Position numbers and translations under genes: made by a program. Source: Antechinus flavipes (Eukaryota). From it: a DNA stretch of 64,000 nt. Location: contig NC_067403.1 in NCBI RefSeq assembly GCF_016432865.1, forward strand, positions 118,482,001-118,546,000. Direction: 5' to 3'. The notes beneath the pieces were generated by a model. It worked only from the letters and a program-made list of their open reading frames with translations. It ran no database searches and was not told the DNA's origin. Positions 51,674 through 63,440 of this stretch are shown one piece after another (the stretch's first letter is position 1; every line of letters begins with the position of its first letter).

Positions 51674-52025
51674 CAGAAATGTCAAATGTATTGTCCACCC
51701 TGAATTGTCAATGTGCAACACTTCTGATTGTTATGACAGAAAAAAATATAATTGTAAAATATTTAATTTAATAAGTAAAAATACAACAAAACCTAGATAA
51801 TGCTAATATGTGATGGGGGGGTATTGTTTTTTTTTTCCTGAGGCAGTTGGGGTTAAGTGACTTGCCCAGGGTCACACAGCTAGGAAGTCTTAAGTGTCTG
51901 AGGCCAAATTTGAACTCAGGTCCTCTATCCACTGTGCCACCTCACTGCCCCTAATATGTAGTTTTCTAAGTTAAATGAAACACACAGGAGTTTTTAATGT
52001 TGTTTTTTGAGCTTGTCATCAAATG
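51674..52025. mobile_element. hAT-type MITE (family A) split by a WSINE1
   Basis: cagaaatgtcaaa TIR, aaaatataattg...aatacaacaaaacctagataatg, then after the SINE gtagttttctaagt...gagcttgtcatc. Confidence 0.6.
51813..51950 (-). mobile_element. WSINE1 with an internal deletion and a 9-bp TSD
   Basis: TSD ctaatatgt at 51803-51811 and 51951-51959; gttggggttaagtgacttgcccagggtcacacagctaggaag body. Confidence 0.88.
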
Positions 52026-53944
52026 TTAAAATGTAGCACAGATAGAGGGGTTCAAAATAGGTTTAATGAATAGATCCAAAAGGGAGTTATTATTGGTCAT
52101 TGGGTTTTTTGGTGACAGATTACTAATGGTGTTTTTAGACACTTTAAAACATTTTTTATTCTTAACTTGGATAAAAGTGAGTTTGTTGCAGATTACACAA
52201 ATATGAGAGACATAAAATAGCAGTGATGATTTTTAAAGATCTTGACAATCTAGAATATTTAACTGAATTTAATAAGATGAAATGTCACAAGAAGAAATAT
52301 AAAGTCTTAGAATTTGTCTCTCCCTAATCAACTATTTATGTACAAGATGAGAAAGAAATAATTGGATGACAATGATTATAGTGTTATCTAAGCTTCATAT
52401 GATTAACTGTGTTACAAGACAGCCAAAAAATAATGAAATTCCAGATTTTGTCAATAAAAACAGTAGATTTTGTTTACCCTTATGGAGGTGCTAATTCATA
52501 ACTTTCTGCCTTATACTAGGAAGATCATTGATAAACTGGAATGTGTCTAGAAAAGGATAGCCAAAACGGCAAGTGATTTCACTGAATACTCTGCCACATG
52601 AAGACTAATTGAAAGAACTGGGGTGTTTAGCTTGGGGGAAAAAGAGACAGTAGGAAAATGATAGAGGTCTCCATTTTTTTCTTGTAAAAGTTTGCCATGT
52701 GAAAGAGCAATTAATTAGTGTTATTTGGTTTTAAGACAGAATTTATAAAGAGGAGGGAAGTTGTAGAGGCAGATTTGGTTCAATTCACTATCTTGTGAAT
52801 TTCTTTTCTTTTTTTTTTAATTTAATTTTTTTTGGTGTGTGAATTTCTTATTGAAAGCTTCAAGAGGAACCTGGATGACCACTTAGAAATGTTATAGAGA
52901 AAGTTCCTGGTGAATTATATGTAGGACTGAACTTTATCTTTAAGTCCTCTTCCAATTTTGTGGTCCTTGATTCTATATGTCTGTGTTAGTTTACCTAATT
53001 GATAATCTGTAATCACAACTTTGATCAAATTCCCTTACAGCATTATAAATGCTATATATATGTTTTATTAGTGTTTATGAATTCTTAGAGAAAATAATAT
53101 CAAATTTTTATTCACCAAGAGATAAAACAATTTTAGTCTGTCTTTTCATTTTCACTATATTTATTACATTAATGGATTAAACTCATTAATGGAATGTCAG
53201 GCATGCCTTTGTTAGCACTCAGTTCAAAATACTAAGGCACTTTATGCATGGTCCTTTGTGATAATGTATTTATGAAAGGTGAAATAATTTATCTTATGGG
53301 AATAAGAACAATTTTTTTTAGAAAATTGAATGCCAATCTCACTTTTTATATTGTCTGTGGAAGCAATATCCATCAGCATATCACATCCCCTGCCAAACAT
53401 CTAGCCTCTTTTCTACTAAGAAGTTTGAGAGGAAATAAGTTCTCCCCCTCCCCAAAACTAGTCTGTTTACCTATCTATTCTCTCTCATCCCATCCCAGTC
53501 ACTTCAGAAGTTTTCTTTCTTTTCTCTGGAATCTGTAGGCTTTTGTTTTCCATAGTTTCTTTCCTTCCAGCTTCGTGCATTTTTTAACCACTGGCCTCCT
53601 AGCTGTTCCACATGTAAGACACTTTGCCTTTCAACTCCAGACATTTTCGCTAGCTGTCCCCCATGCCTGTAACAATCTCTTTCTCAAATCTCATTTAATT
53701 ATTTTATTAATTTTTATTATATTTTATTGTCTTTATTTTATTTAATTTTTAACTTTTATTAATCATTAAATCTCATCTTTTACTTCTCCAACCCTTCTTA
53801 ATTCTACTGTTGTCTCCTTAATTATTTCTATATATATGTGTGTGTGTGCGTGTGCACACATATGTATGTATATAAATATATACACACGGGGGAATTGCCT
53901 TATATATACCTACTTACTTGCATGTTGTTTGCCTGTTACATTGT

Positions 53945-54100
53945 AAGCTCTTCCCTCCTTTCTTTTCTCCCTTCCTCCCTTCCATCCCCTCCTCTCTTTC
54001 ATTCTCTTTCTTTTTTCTTCTCCCTTTTTTCTTTTCCTCCCTTTTTTCTTCTCCCTTTTTCTTCTCTCTTTCTTTTCTTTCCTTCTCCTCCTCTTCTCCT
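53945..54100. repeat. CT-rich low-complexity tract
   Basis: Read directly. Confidence 0.9.
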
Positions 54101-56575
54101 AGAGAGAAGAATAATGCATATGGCAATTTTTTCCTTTTTTCCTATTTTGTATTTAAGTTTAAAATATTTATGGAAAAAAAAAACCTCTTCTAGAGTAAAT
54201 ACAGGAGACTGATCAGGAAGAAGATGAAAACTGAAATGAAAGAATATCTCATTTTATTCAGTAGATGTGAGAAATGAAAGTTATGTATAAAGGGAGATAA
54301 ATATTAAATTGCAATAAATAGTAAATAGCTGCAAAAAAAAAAGAAGAGTAGGAGAACTGAAAAATAAGTAAAGAGAAAAAAGAAGTAAAAAGTAAGAGGG
54401 AAAGGAGAGATGAAAGGGATTTAGGGCAAAGTAATATAAATTAGGGTCTTTCTTTTTCAAATATGTGATCTATATTATTTGTATTTCTTTTTCATACATT
54501 CCCCTTTTAAGCATCTTTTATCTGGTTTAGCTCCTCACATCTACAGCCATACCCCAAAGCTAGGGAAAATAAGGTTAAAACCCAAGATGGAGAATGCAGA
54601 TGATGCCGGCAGAGTCATTCAGGGAGTAGTTTTATCCCCTGTTTGCCTTACTTCAATTGGTAGCAGCCTGCTTCCTCTGTTATCTATTCTAATGTTGCCC
54701 TCCAAGGACACTTTTTTCCTGTTCAGTTGCGCCCCAAGAAGGAAAACTTGGGACTTATGAAGTGTGTGTTCTTGAACCAGCAACTTCATACATGTTTGAA
54801 GTAGGTCTAGTGTTGAAGTCAAGCTTTTAAGATCACGCAGAGGTTACCGTTTCTAGTGGAATGTTAACTTCTGCAGGAGATCCTCAACAAGCTAAGATAT
54901 CTTGAGGCTATCTTTGGTCATACCCCCTTAAAGCCTCCCTTGTATTTTGACTGCTTATTAATGAAGGTCAGTTTTCCCCTGGAAATATTTATTTCCACTA
55001 TTTAAATAACAACCAAAAAAATCTTCCCAAAAATCCAACCTTATACCAAATGAACATTTTACATATTGTTCATCCACTTAGCTATGGCATTCTCTGATGA
55101 TGAAATAGAGTGGTCACCTAAGATTCTTAAAATAGCCTATTCATTGCTTGTTTCTCTTCAGGTGGTTGCTTTCTGATCCTTTCATTGGCATCCATTGCGT
55201 ATTCCAGATGTCTAAGAAAGGACAGGCTCTAGATCTTAATGTGACAAGAGGGCAAAAGTCTATTTTGACTTCCTAAAATTATTGCCTCTGATACAAAAAA
55301 ATCATTGGCCACAAACACAAGTTCTATGTAGTGACTAAATCTGTTAGAGAGAGGCAATCAATGGCAGGTCAATTTTTCTTTACCTTGGGGGTGATTTTTA
55401 TTGCTAAAGAACAAAAGCCCAAGGGTATAAAAGCTATTAAGTTTAGTAGATGGAATAGTCATGAACATTAAATTATCATCAAAATCCTGATTCCTTCTTC
55501 ATGTCTGCTTGGTGTTAAAGCTTCCATAGGGGACTCTGTGGAACACAAAAGAACTCACATGTTGATCTGCTGTTAAAAGCATTTATCTGTAAGGATTGCT
55601 GGATGACTGTTTCCTAACTCAAGAAAACCAGATTTCCCCTATAATTGGCAGCTCTATTATAAGTGGATGTTGTGTTAAGCTTCTAAAGAGCTTCTTAGAA
55701 CTTATTAGGTAATTGAATAAAGAAGAGAGCTTTTAGTCTTCTTAGAGTCACACCATATTTCAGAATATCATATAACCTATGAGTCAGTGCAGTGTTATGT
55801 AAAAGGGTGGGGGGAGGCTAAAAAGAGATACTCACATGCCAAAAAGAAATTATATGAATTACAATACTACTCACTAAAATATCGCATGAAACTCTGATCT
55901 GGATTTTATATCTCGATTCTCAGCCCCATCATGTCATGCACAATTATACCATTAGGGACTTAGTTGCCAATATTTTTATCTTAAAAATTAAATTATTAGG
56001 TCAAATATGTGTAATGATAGTTTTAAATTGCCCCCTCTAATTGGAACCTTTTATATATGCCTATTATTATATAGATGTAGTATAGAACAGTATGTTATGT
56101 GACAAGGAATATTTGGAAGTCTTCAGATTTGTGTTAAATGAGAAAAAAAAGTTTAGCTATGTATCATCATATATTTCACTTGCACATATTGCAGATCATC
56201 GATGCAGATATATGCTATCTAACATATAGACATAACATATAAGATGCTAGTCTTTTAACAATAAACCTTTTCAGATTTATCAGTCTGGCCCTTGCCTGTC
56301 ACTTGTTCATTGTTGGATCTGGCCTTAAGAAGTATCATGAATAGTGGGATTTAAAGCATTGATTCTTGGGCTCCAATGTTAATGCCACCTGCTACTTGAA
56401 GGACTTTGGTCATTACACAACCTCTCTAAACATTAATTTTCTCTTCTGTAAAATGGAGTGATTAGATCAGATGACCCTTGATATCCCTTTTAGATCTAGA
56501 TCTATTCTATGATCTTTTCCAACTGAATAGAACTTGCCAGAAAGGGATTTCCTCTAGTATAGTCTTTGATTCTAT

Positions 56576-56772
56576 AGGGCAGTTAGATGGCATAATAGAT
56601 CAAGCATCAGCCCTGGTCCTGACTAGCTATGTGACTGTAGGCTAGTCACTTAACTCTCTGCCTTAGTTTCCTCATCTGTAAAAAAAAAACTGCCGAAAGA
56701 AATGGCAAAACACTCCAATATCTTTGCAAGAAAACCCCAAATGAGATCTCAGAGTTAGATGCAACTGAAATA
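56576..56772 (+). mobile_element. Mar1-type SINE with a head deletion
   Basis: gggcagttagatgg, CORE, and aaatggcaaaacactcc...gcaagaaaaccccaaatg tail. Confidence 0.75.
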
Positions 56773-56829
56773 AATTCCAAGTCACATCCTTATCAAAATG
56801 AAGCATTACAGTCAAACTTCAATAATAAA

Positions 56830-57060
56830 GAAGCTATATGATACAATGAGAAGTATGCTGGAACAAGAGAGCTAAGTTTAAATCCTGTCTCTGACACTAA
56901 CTCTGACTAATTAAGACAAGTCATTTAAACTCTCTGAACTCAGCCTTCTTATCAGTAAAATGAGGCTAATAATTTTTGTATTGCCTACCACAATGGGGTA
57001 ACTGTGAGGTTCACATCATATGTGTATAAAGTGTTTAGCAAATCTTAATAACCTACATAT
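56830..57060 (+). mobile_element. MIR-family SINE
   Basis: gacaagtcatttaaactctctgaactcagccttcttatcagtaaaatgagg...ctgtgagg. Confidence 0.65.
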
Positions 57061-57689
57061 ATTGGGTGATCTATGTAAGCACATATTTAATGTCCCCACA
57101 GTAATTTAAAACATGTTTACATGTCAGAATATCCCAACTATTAACCTTTTCTTTTGTAATTTAATTTTAGTCTTTTAAAGGAAGATCCCTTTTTAGCATC
57201 AAGAAATTTAATGAACTGCCCCTACCTACCATGATAGTTGTCATAGGATCAGTATCTGTGAGAAAACATGTGACAAAAGCATTGAATAACTCTAACAATG
57301 CTTTTAATTTGTATTATTAATTTTTAATTAATCATAAAATCCTAATCATTTGAGAAGTAGTAATTCCTATAAGTTTAAAATATATTACTTTTAGAGTCTA
57401 CAGTTTATTTGTTTACTTACTGACTTCCACACAGAGTCATAAGTTCCTTAAAAATACTATCACTGGCATATCCATTGGTCACAAACAACTGTTTCAGACA
57501 TTTAAGTTAATTTTGTTGGGTTGTGTTTTTTTTTCCTGCTCAACAGGAAGAAGCCTCAATTGGTAAATTTACTGGGCCATGTTATTTTTCTTGTTTTTTA
57601 GGAGTTAAATGAAGGAAAATGATAATATAGCAACACAAATAAACATTTTGATAGCACTAAAAAAAAAAAAAAACTCTTCACATTGGAAG

Positions 57690-58123
57690 CCTTTCATAAT
57701 TCACTTCTAGTCTGTTTTTCTAGCCCCATTATAGTTTCTTCTTCCTCATCTCCTCTACACTCTGGCCAAACTATCCTGTTTGCTGTTCCTCATACATAGA
57801 ATTCCATCTCCCATCTTAATGATGTTATATGGGTGATTCTCTTATCATCAGTGCTCTTGATCATATCCTCTGACTTTTGGTACCCCAACCTCTTTTAAAA
57901 GCTCATCTTTAGCACCTTTTCTTTTAGTCCCTTTATGATTTCTCTATTCATTAATCTCTCCTCTTCTGAAGTTTTGTTTTTTCTTTTTAAATTTGTGTTT
58001 ATCTGTGTATTTTCTCCCAGGCAAGTATACCTTATTTGATTGTTTAATTTTGAGTTGATATCCCCAGTACCCAGTCCAATGCCTGGTACCTAACTGGCAC
58101 TGAATAAACATTTGTTGAATTGA
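57690..58123 (+). mobile_element. L2 3' end
   Basis: Ends atatccccagtacccagtccaatgcctggtacctaactggcactgaataaacatttgttgaattga. Confidence 0.75.
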
Positions 58124-59268
58124 GTTCATCAAAAAAACACATCTGATAAAAAAAAATATACACTTTTCTATGGTCTCTGAAAATAGAAAGAGACACAGCA
58201 ATGTTAGATATGACATGGCCACTATTTCTCTAGTGACACCATATCTAATATAATTTAGACTAAAAGTAATAAGCTATCATCAAAAAAATAAAACAAAACA
58301 CAGAGAATATTACATGGAATTTTACATTTGTAGATACTGCATTCCAACTCCCCTTAACCAAAATCACAAATTTAGTAGGTTATTTGGATGTCAGCAAAGT
58401 ATTTTTAGAAAAATAAGTCAACTCTATCATTTCAGGAATTTAAATCTATAAATAATGTTAATTCCTCACAAGACCCCTCATCTAAGGCCTACTTAAGTAA
58501 TATGCTAGCAATTGCAATTTGAAACTATTTGGTTTGATAATGTTTATGGATAGTATTTTCCAAAAAGATTCACTGAATGAAAGTGACAGTACTCCCTAGA
58601 ATTTACACATGAGACCTAGGAGAGTGTGAGAGTGCAAGAGGTTCTAAGAATTAACAGAACATGAAAACACCTTGTTGATTGTCCTAGCTTATCTGCCTTC
58701 TTTGAGTAAAAACAAACATATTAATTTTCTATTATGCCATTCCTCAAATAAGAACATACAAAGGAAATTCTAGCTGAAGATAAGGAAGGCAGTTACCAAA
58801 CAATCATCATTTGTCATGCTTACAAGGGCAGGCTTCAACTGCTAAAAGGAGCACCCAGAATCTTTTGAAGAAATGGATCTGAACTAGAGTGGAAATGAAA
58901 TTCAAAGACCCAGAGTCGGGTCTGCAGCTGCAGAGTTTTTAATGATGTTTCAAGAACCTTAACAGCAGACAGGAGCAAGCAGTTAGCAGAGCTACTCCTT
59001 AGAACAAATGTCATTAACAGACAAGTGTTGGGAAAGACTGACTCAAAATATGTTGAAGGGAAAAAAAATGTGAAACTTTAAAAAAAGAAGCAGTAATAAC
59101 TAGATTGTACTCAGCCAGATTTTCACTGTCCATATTGCCTCCTTATTCTCATTTTTTAAAAAAGCTATAACAGATTATGTAGAAACACAGCAGTTATTTA
59201 GTGCTTACATTTTTTGTTTGTTTTGCTTTTAAAAAACAAAAACAATTTCCAGTTGAAAATCTAGACCT

Positions 59269-59503
59269 GGGGCAATTGAGTGACATAGTGGATAGAGCAC
59301 TATATCTGGATTCAGGAAGACTCAAGTTCAAATCTGGCCTCAGACATTTACTGGCTTTGTGACCCTGAGCAAGTCACTTAACCATATTTGCCTCAGTTTC
59401 CTCATCTGTAAAGTGAACTGAAGAAGGATGTGTCAAATCACCCCAGTATCTTTGCCAAGAAAACCCTAACTGATGACATAGCTGAAAACAACGAGACAAC
59501 AAA
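59269..59503 (+). mobile_element. Mar1-type SINE
   Basis: Full head, CORE, and cccagtatctttgccaagaaaaccc tail. Confidence 0.85.
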
Positions 59504-59939
59504 AATCTAGACTCAGAGATCTGGCAGAAAGTTAAAAGGTCATCTTATCCAATCATCACATTTCATAGATGAGGAAACTTAGTCCTGGAGGGAATTTGCT
59601 GTCAAAAATGAGACACTGAACAGGTTTCTATCTCAATTTACAAATCTATTTCTGGGAGTTCATTCAAAATATCAGCAGACGAGGTAATTGGCATGCCTTA
59701 TCAAGATATAAAGGCTTTGCAGCATAAATCCAAACTGCTTACAATACTCCAGTCCAATCTAATACAGTCCAACTCAACAATATATTTAAAAAAAAACATT
59801 TCTATATATGGATATGTAACTATGTGTATATATATTTTGTATGTAATTTTGTTAGAAACTTTATGAAAAGCAATATAGTGAGCTTTAGAGGTCATCTTGA
59901 ATTTATATATGAAATTATTCCTGCCTTCATGAAACTTGC

Positions 59940-60810
59940 AATCTAGAAGGAGAATATAATAATAATAACAATAATAATCAGCATTTACAAAGCATTTTTG
60001 AGATTTAGAAAGCGTTTTATACATTTTATGCCATTTTGTTCTGACAACTCTGTGGGGAGAGGTAGGTGTTAGTATCTTTATACATATTATATAATAATAT
60101 TGTTATTATTTCACCCCAAGTTGGGGTGAAAAAATGTACCATGCTTTCTAGAGCCCCCAAGTTGGGATGACAAAATGTACCATGCTTTCTAGAGCCTCCA
60201 CACCAGGGTGATTAAAATATCCCACTTTCTAGAGCCCCCAAGCTGGGGTAAAAAATGGTTTTTTTTTTATGTTTACTGTTGCTTTCTAGAGCCCCCTTAC
60301 TGGGGTGATTAAAATATACCATCCTAGTGGAGAAATGATGAAGCAGGACTTCCAAGGATGGTGGAAAAATAGAGTCCATTTATTTCAAGGACTTTCTGCT
60401 TTATATAATGTAACAAAAACAACCTTGTGCCCATAGGACCACATAAACAACTTGCTATTGTACATAGTTTGCCACCTGGTATCACTCTTCCACCTGCTAT
60501 CACTCTGCTTCAATCTCAACACAGGCTGTCACCACCCCCTGACTTCTCAGGAAGACCGAGAGCCCTTAAGGGAGATGGGGAGCTGAACCAGACATTGTTA
60601 GCAGGTTCCCTCTGAGCTGAAGGGTCTTATATCTCACGCAGAGTTTCCCCACTGACTGGGACCCTCTACAAATATGATCCCATTTTTCAGATGGGGAAAC
60701 TGAGTCAAATGAAAATTAAGGAATTTGACCAAGGTTAAATGACTAGTAGATGTTTTAGACAGGATTTGAGGCAGGTATTTCTGACTCCATGCCTAGTATT
60801 CTACCTTCTA
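59940..60810 (-). mobile_element. MIR-family SINE split by the solo LTR
   Basis: ctgacaactctgtggggagaggtagg before the LTR; cccatttttcagatggggaaactgag...gtatttctgactcca after it. Confidence 0.7.
60101..60670 (-). mobile_element. Complete solo LTR, 570 bp, with 5-bp TSD AATAT
   Basis: TG...CA termini; aatat at 60096-60100 and 60671-60675; on the minus strand TATATAAAG (60407-60399) then AATAAA (60384-60379); tandem units in U5. Confidence 0.9.
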
Positions 60811-60899
60811 ACCTATATGACACAAGCTGAAGTAATCAAATACCTAGTAGATCTTATAAAAATTTTAGTAGATCTTAGTAGATCTATGCTAACCTACAA

Positions 60900-61400
60900 T
60901 AGTACAGATGGCAATTTGTCATCCTCTTTGATTTTTACCAGTGTCTTTTCATAAAATCTCCCTAAGGAATATACCATGTCTACCAACATGATATACATTC
61001 TTCTGGGTCTTTTAACATCAGAGGAAGACCATATAATATATGACTGAACCATACATTGATGATCATAATGCTGTCTTTGATAATGCTTCCCTTAGGCAAG
61101 TTTTCATGATTACATCACATAATTCATTCCCATCATTCATCTTTTCATCCTTTGGGATAGCTCACAATTTTTATTCCTTAGCAATTATGGTGATCCATGT
61201 TTTCTAGCTATGTGCTGCTGAAGGAATACTGGTTTTCAAAAGATAGCATTTTCTTTTACCAGGATGTTTAGGGTAATTGGAAGCATGATACAACTTCCGA
61301 AATGTGATACAGTCTCTTTGCTTCCTTCCCTTCATTTATAGGTTCATCTCCTTGTTTTCTTGAAGTATTTATCTGGAAGTATTTGTATCACTCTGTCACC
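60900..61400 (-). mobile_element. Possible degenerate RTE-clade LINE 3' fragment
   Basis: Reverse complement aaaagacccagaagaatg...gggagattttatgaaaagacactgg loosely resembles an RTE 3' end; weak, from memory. Confidence 0.35.
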
Positions 61401-61674
61401 ATCATTGAAGAAGGGGAGCTGACTAGGATGGAAGGACATAAGTTAAATACTAGAAGGGAGCTTAGAGATCATCCAATTGAACTCAATTATTTTGTGGATC
61501 CAGAAATTAGGGCCTAAAGCAATGAACTGATTTAGCTTAAGGTCCCCCAGTTTGTGTTGTAATGTGTATGCAGTTACAAGGGCTCCTATCCATTGGGTTT
61601 TGTTGAAGATCAAATAAGATGATCTTTATAAAGTATTTAGCATAGCATCTGGCATGTAACAAATATTTAAATGC

Positions 61675-61895
61675 ACTAGATGGCCTTGGACTTAAATCAA
61701 GAAGACATTTTCCTGAGTTCAAATCCAGAACCAGACACTTACTAGCTGTATGACCCTGGACAAGTCACTTAACCCTGGTTGCCTCAGTTTCCTGATCTGT
61801 CAAATGAACTAGCAAAGCACTTCAGTGTCTGCCCCCAAAACCCCAATTGAGGTCACAAAGAGTTGGGTATAGCTGGAAAAACAACTGAATAATGA
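61675..61895 (+). mobile_element. Mar1-type SINE
   Basis: ttcctgagttcaaatccag...gaccctggacaagtcacttaaccctggttgcctcagtttcc...aaccccaattgaggtcacaaagagttgg. Confidence 0.8.
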
Positions 61896-62579
61896 CTAAA
61901 AATAAAGACACTTAAGTGTTTGTTTTCTTCCCTGCACCTTCTTCTATACTACAAGAGGCAGAGCTGGAATTTGAATACAAATATTCTTGACTTAATGTCA
62001 ATAATACTTTTGACTAAAATATTATTTACTTCTGATATAGAGAAGAGTATGAGAAAGTATGTGAGAGATATTGTCCATGGTATTTTTAGGGGAGGAAAAC
62101 TGAAGATATTTTAGTTTGACTAGACCAAAGAATGAACAGAGGAGATGCACCTAAAAAGATAGATAAAATTGGGTTGTATAGAACCTTGAAAATCGGGTTG
62201 AGTTTGAAATTGACTTAGAATGCAACAATGAACAATTAAAAGGTATTTTAGTCAAGAAATGGCACAATGAGACATGCATACAGAAAAGGTCAGGCTAATA
62301 GCCATCAAGAGGATGGACTGGGACAACCAACAGTGAAAGCAAGGATGCCCAGAAAAGGAAACGGTTCAACAGTACAGACAAGTGGAACTAGGACAGTAGA
62401 GAATGAAAATGAGAGAGCAGGAATGAAATAGAGAAAAAACAAACTGGTAATCCTCAAACATGAGGATTGAGAGAGAGAGAGAGGAAAGAATAAAAGATAA
62501 ATTCCAAGTTATGAACTGGTAAAATGGGAAAGTAGTTGTACCACAGTCAGATTCTAAAATCGAATTAGCTTTTTCTGTT

Positions 62580-62810
62580 GAGACAGCTAGTGGAATATGT
62601 ACTGAGTCTGAAGTCAGGAAGACTGTGTTCAGCTATGTATCAAACACTAACTTGTCACTGAATAATAGCTCTGAATAACAGTTTTCTTTGGGGATAATAA
62701 TAGCACCTACCTCCCAGAGTTGCTGTGAGGTTCAAATGAAATAATATTAATCAAATGCTTAGTATAATGCCTAGCACATAGTAGGAGCTTTAGAAATGTT
62801 ATTATATTAT
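62580..62810 (+). mobile_element. MIR-family SINE
   Basis: gaagtcaggaagac head; gggataataatagcacctacctcccagagttgctgtgagg...cctagcacatagtagg tail. Confidence 0.8.
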
Positions 62811-63271
62811 TAATTTTTTTTGGTTGCCATATCACATTACTTACTAACATTTAAGCTTTTACTACCCTAATCCCCACATGTTTTTTAGATGATCTCATCA
62901 GCTCTATAGATTCAGGAAAATGAAGCAATACCGTTTAACAATTTATCCATCAATAAAATAAGAGAAAAATGCTAGGTGATTTCCAAAGATCCCTTCTACT
63001 CTTAAACTCTGTTGATTGTGGGTAGGCTAAACATATTTCTAGCCTTTTTTTAACCTAACACTTGATTATCAGTAGCTCTTTACTTTCAAAATTATTGAGA
63101 GTCAAATGATTTAGGTTTGTAGAGTTTTTTTTGTAGAGTTTTTCTAAACATGGGTTAGTTCTTTCCTCTGATCACTCTATTCTTTTTCTCCCAACTCCTC
63201 CTGGATTCCTGATCTTTCGTGGCAGCCAAGATACAGGCAGGCATCCAGCTCCCAGACTGACACATACTCAC

Positions 63272-63440
63272 CTTGGGTGGTGTGCTACCACCCGCCGGCT
63301 CTTCCTTTCCTTGACAGGTAGAGACATCCTGATGTGAGACACATCCTGATGGAGCTTCACATAGAGGTTGGCTGAATCTCATTTGTACCACCAAATCTCA
63401 GCCACCCGGATTCTATTCAAAAACTCTCTGGTGATGAGAA
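63272..63440 (-). other. Candidate (alternative first) exon with a consensus donor
   Basis: CAAG|GTGAGT at 63272/63271 on the minus strand; unique, more GC-rich sequence; possible starts MSLPVKERKSRRVVAHHP (ATG 63327) or MRFSQPLCEAPSGCVSHQDVSTCQGKEEPAGGSTPPK (ATG 63382). Protein not recognised; 5' boundary unknown. Confidence 0.35.

Larger units (their letters stand above)
51540..52975 (+). mobile_element. L3/CR1 LINE 3' part, interrupted by a MITE and a SINE
   Basis: 51602-51673 translates DFSKAFEKVFHDTFVDQMERCGLD (CR1 RT motif DFSKAFDKV); degenerate CR1 continues after 52025 to a gattcta-type tail. Confidence 0.75.

Noticed and set aside
44044-54212. S/L/F/P-rich and K/E/R/G-rich ORFs at 44044, 44177, 53838, 53914 and 53918
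   Set aside because: Translations of GA/CT low-complexity tracts.
54755-54800. Inverted repeat tatgaagt...acttcata as a possible pre-miRNA
   Set aside because: The stem is only 8 bp with large internal loops; too weak for a pre-miRNA.
58900-59085. About 60-codon Met-less open frame (VFNDVSRTLTADRSKQLAELLLRTNVINRQ)
   Set aside because: No convincing acceptor/donor pair and no recognised homology.
60109-60320. Repeat-spacer appearance resembling a CRISPR array
   Set aside because: The DNA is mammalian, the inter-repeat segments are homologous to each other rather than unique spacers, there are no cas genes, and the array lies inside an LTR.
1886-62810. tRNA-like A/B boxes (gtggatagag, gagttcaaatc) as tRNA genes
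   Set aside because: They are tRNA-derived heads of CORE-SINEs with no cloverleaf or anticodon arm.
22864-63327. A phase-compatible three-exon minus-strand model (63327-63272, 24411-24299, 22946-22864) giving an 83-aa peptide whose junction ILTCI-GLGQFLGKF...LQRILKRSVNEL resembles a SAM-domain pattern
   Set aside because: The middle exon lies inside an MdoRep1-like SINE with a weak acceptor, the junction is my own construction, phase matches are likely by chance, and the frame stops before a SAM domain would finish.
63320-63350. Strong plus-strand acceptor ctcttcctttccttgacAG
   Set aside because: All three frames hit a stop within six codons, and the pyrimidine tract is simply the complement of the purine-rich candidate exon.
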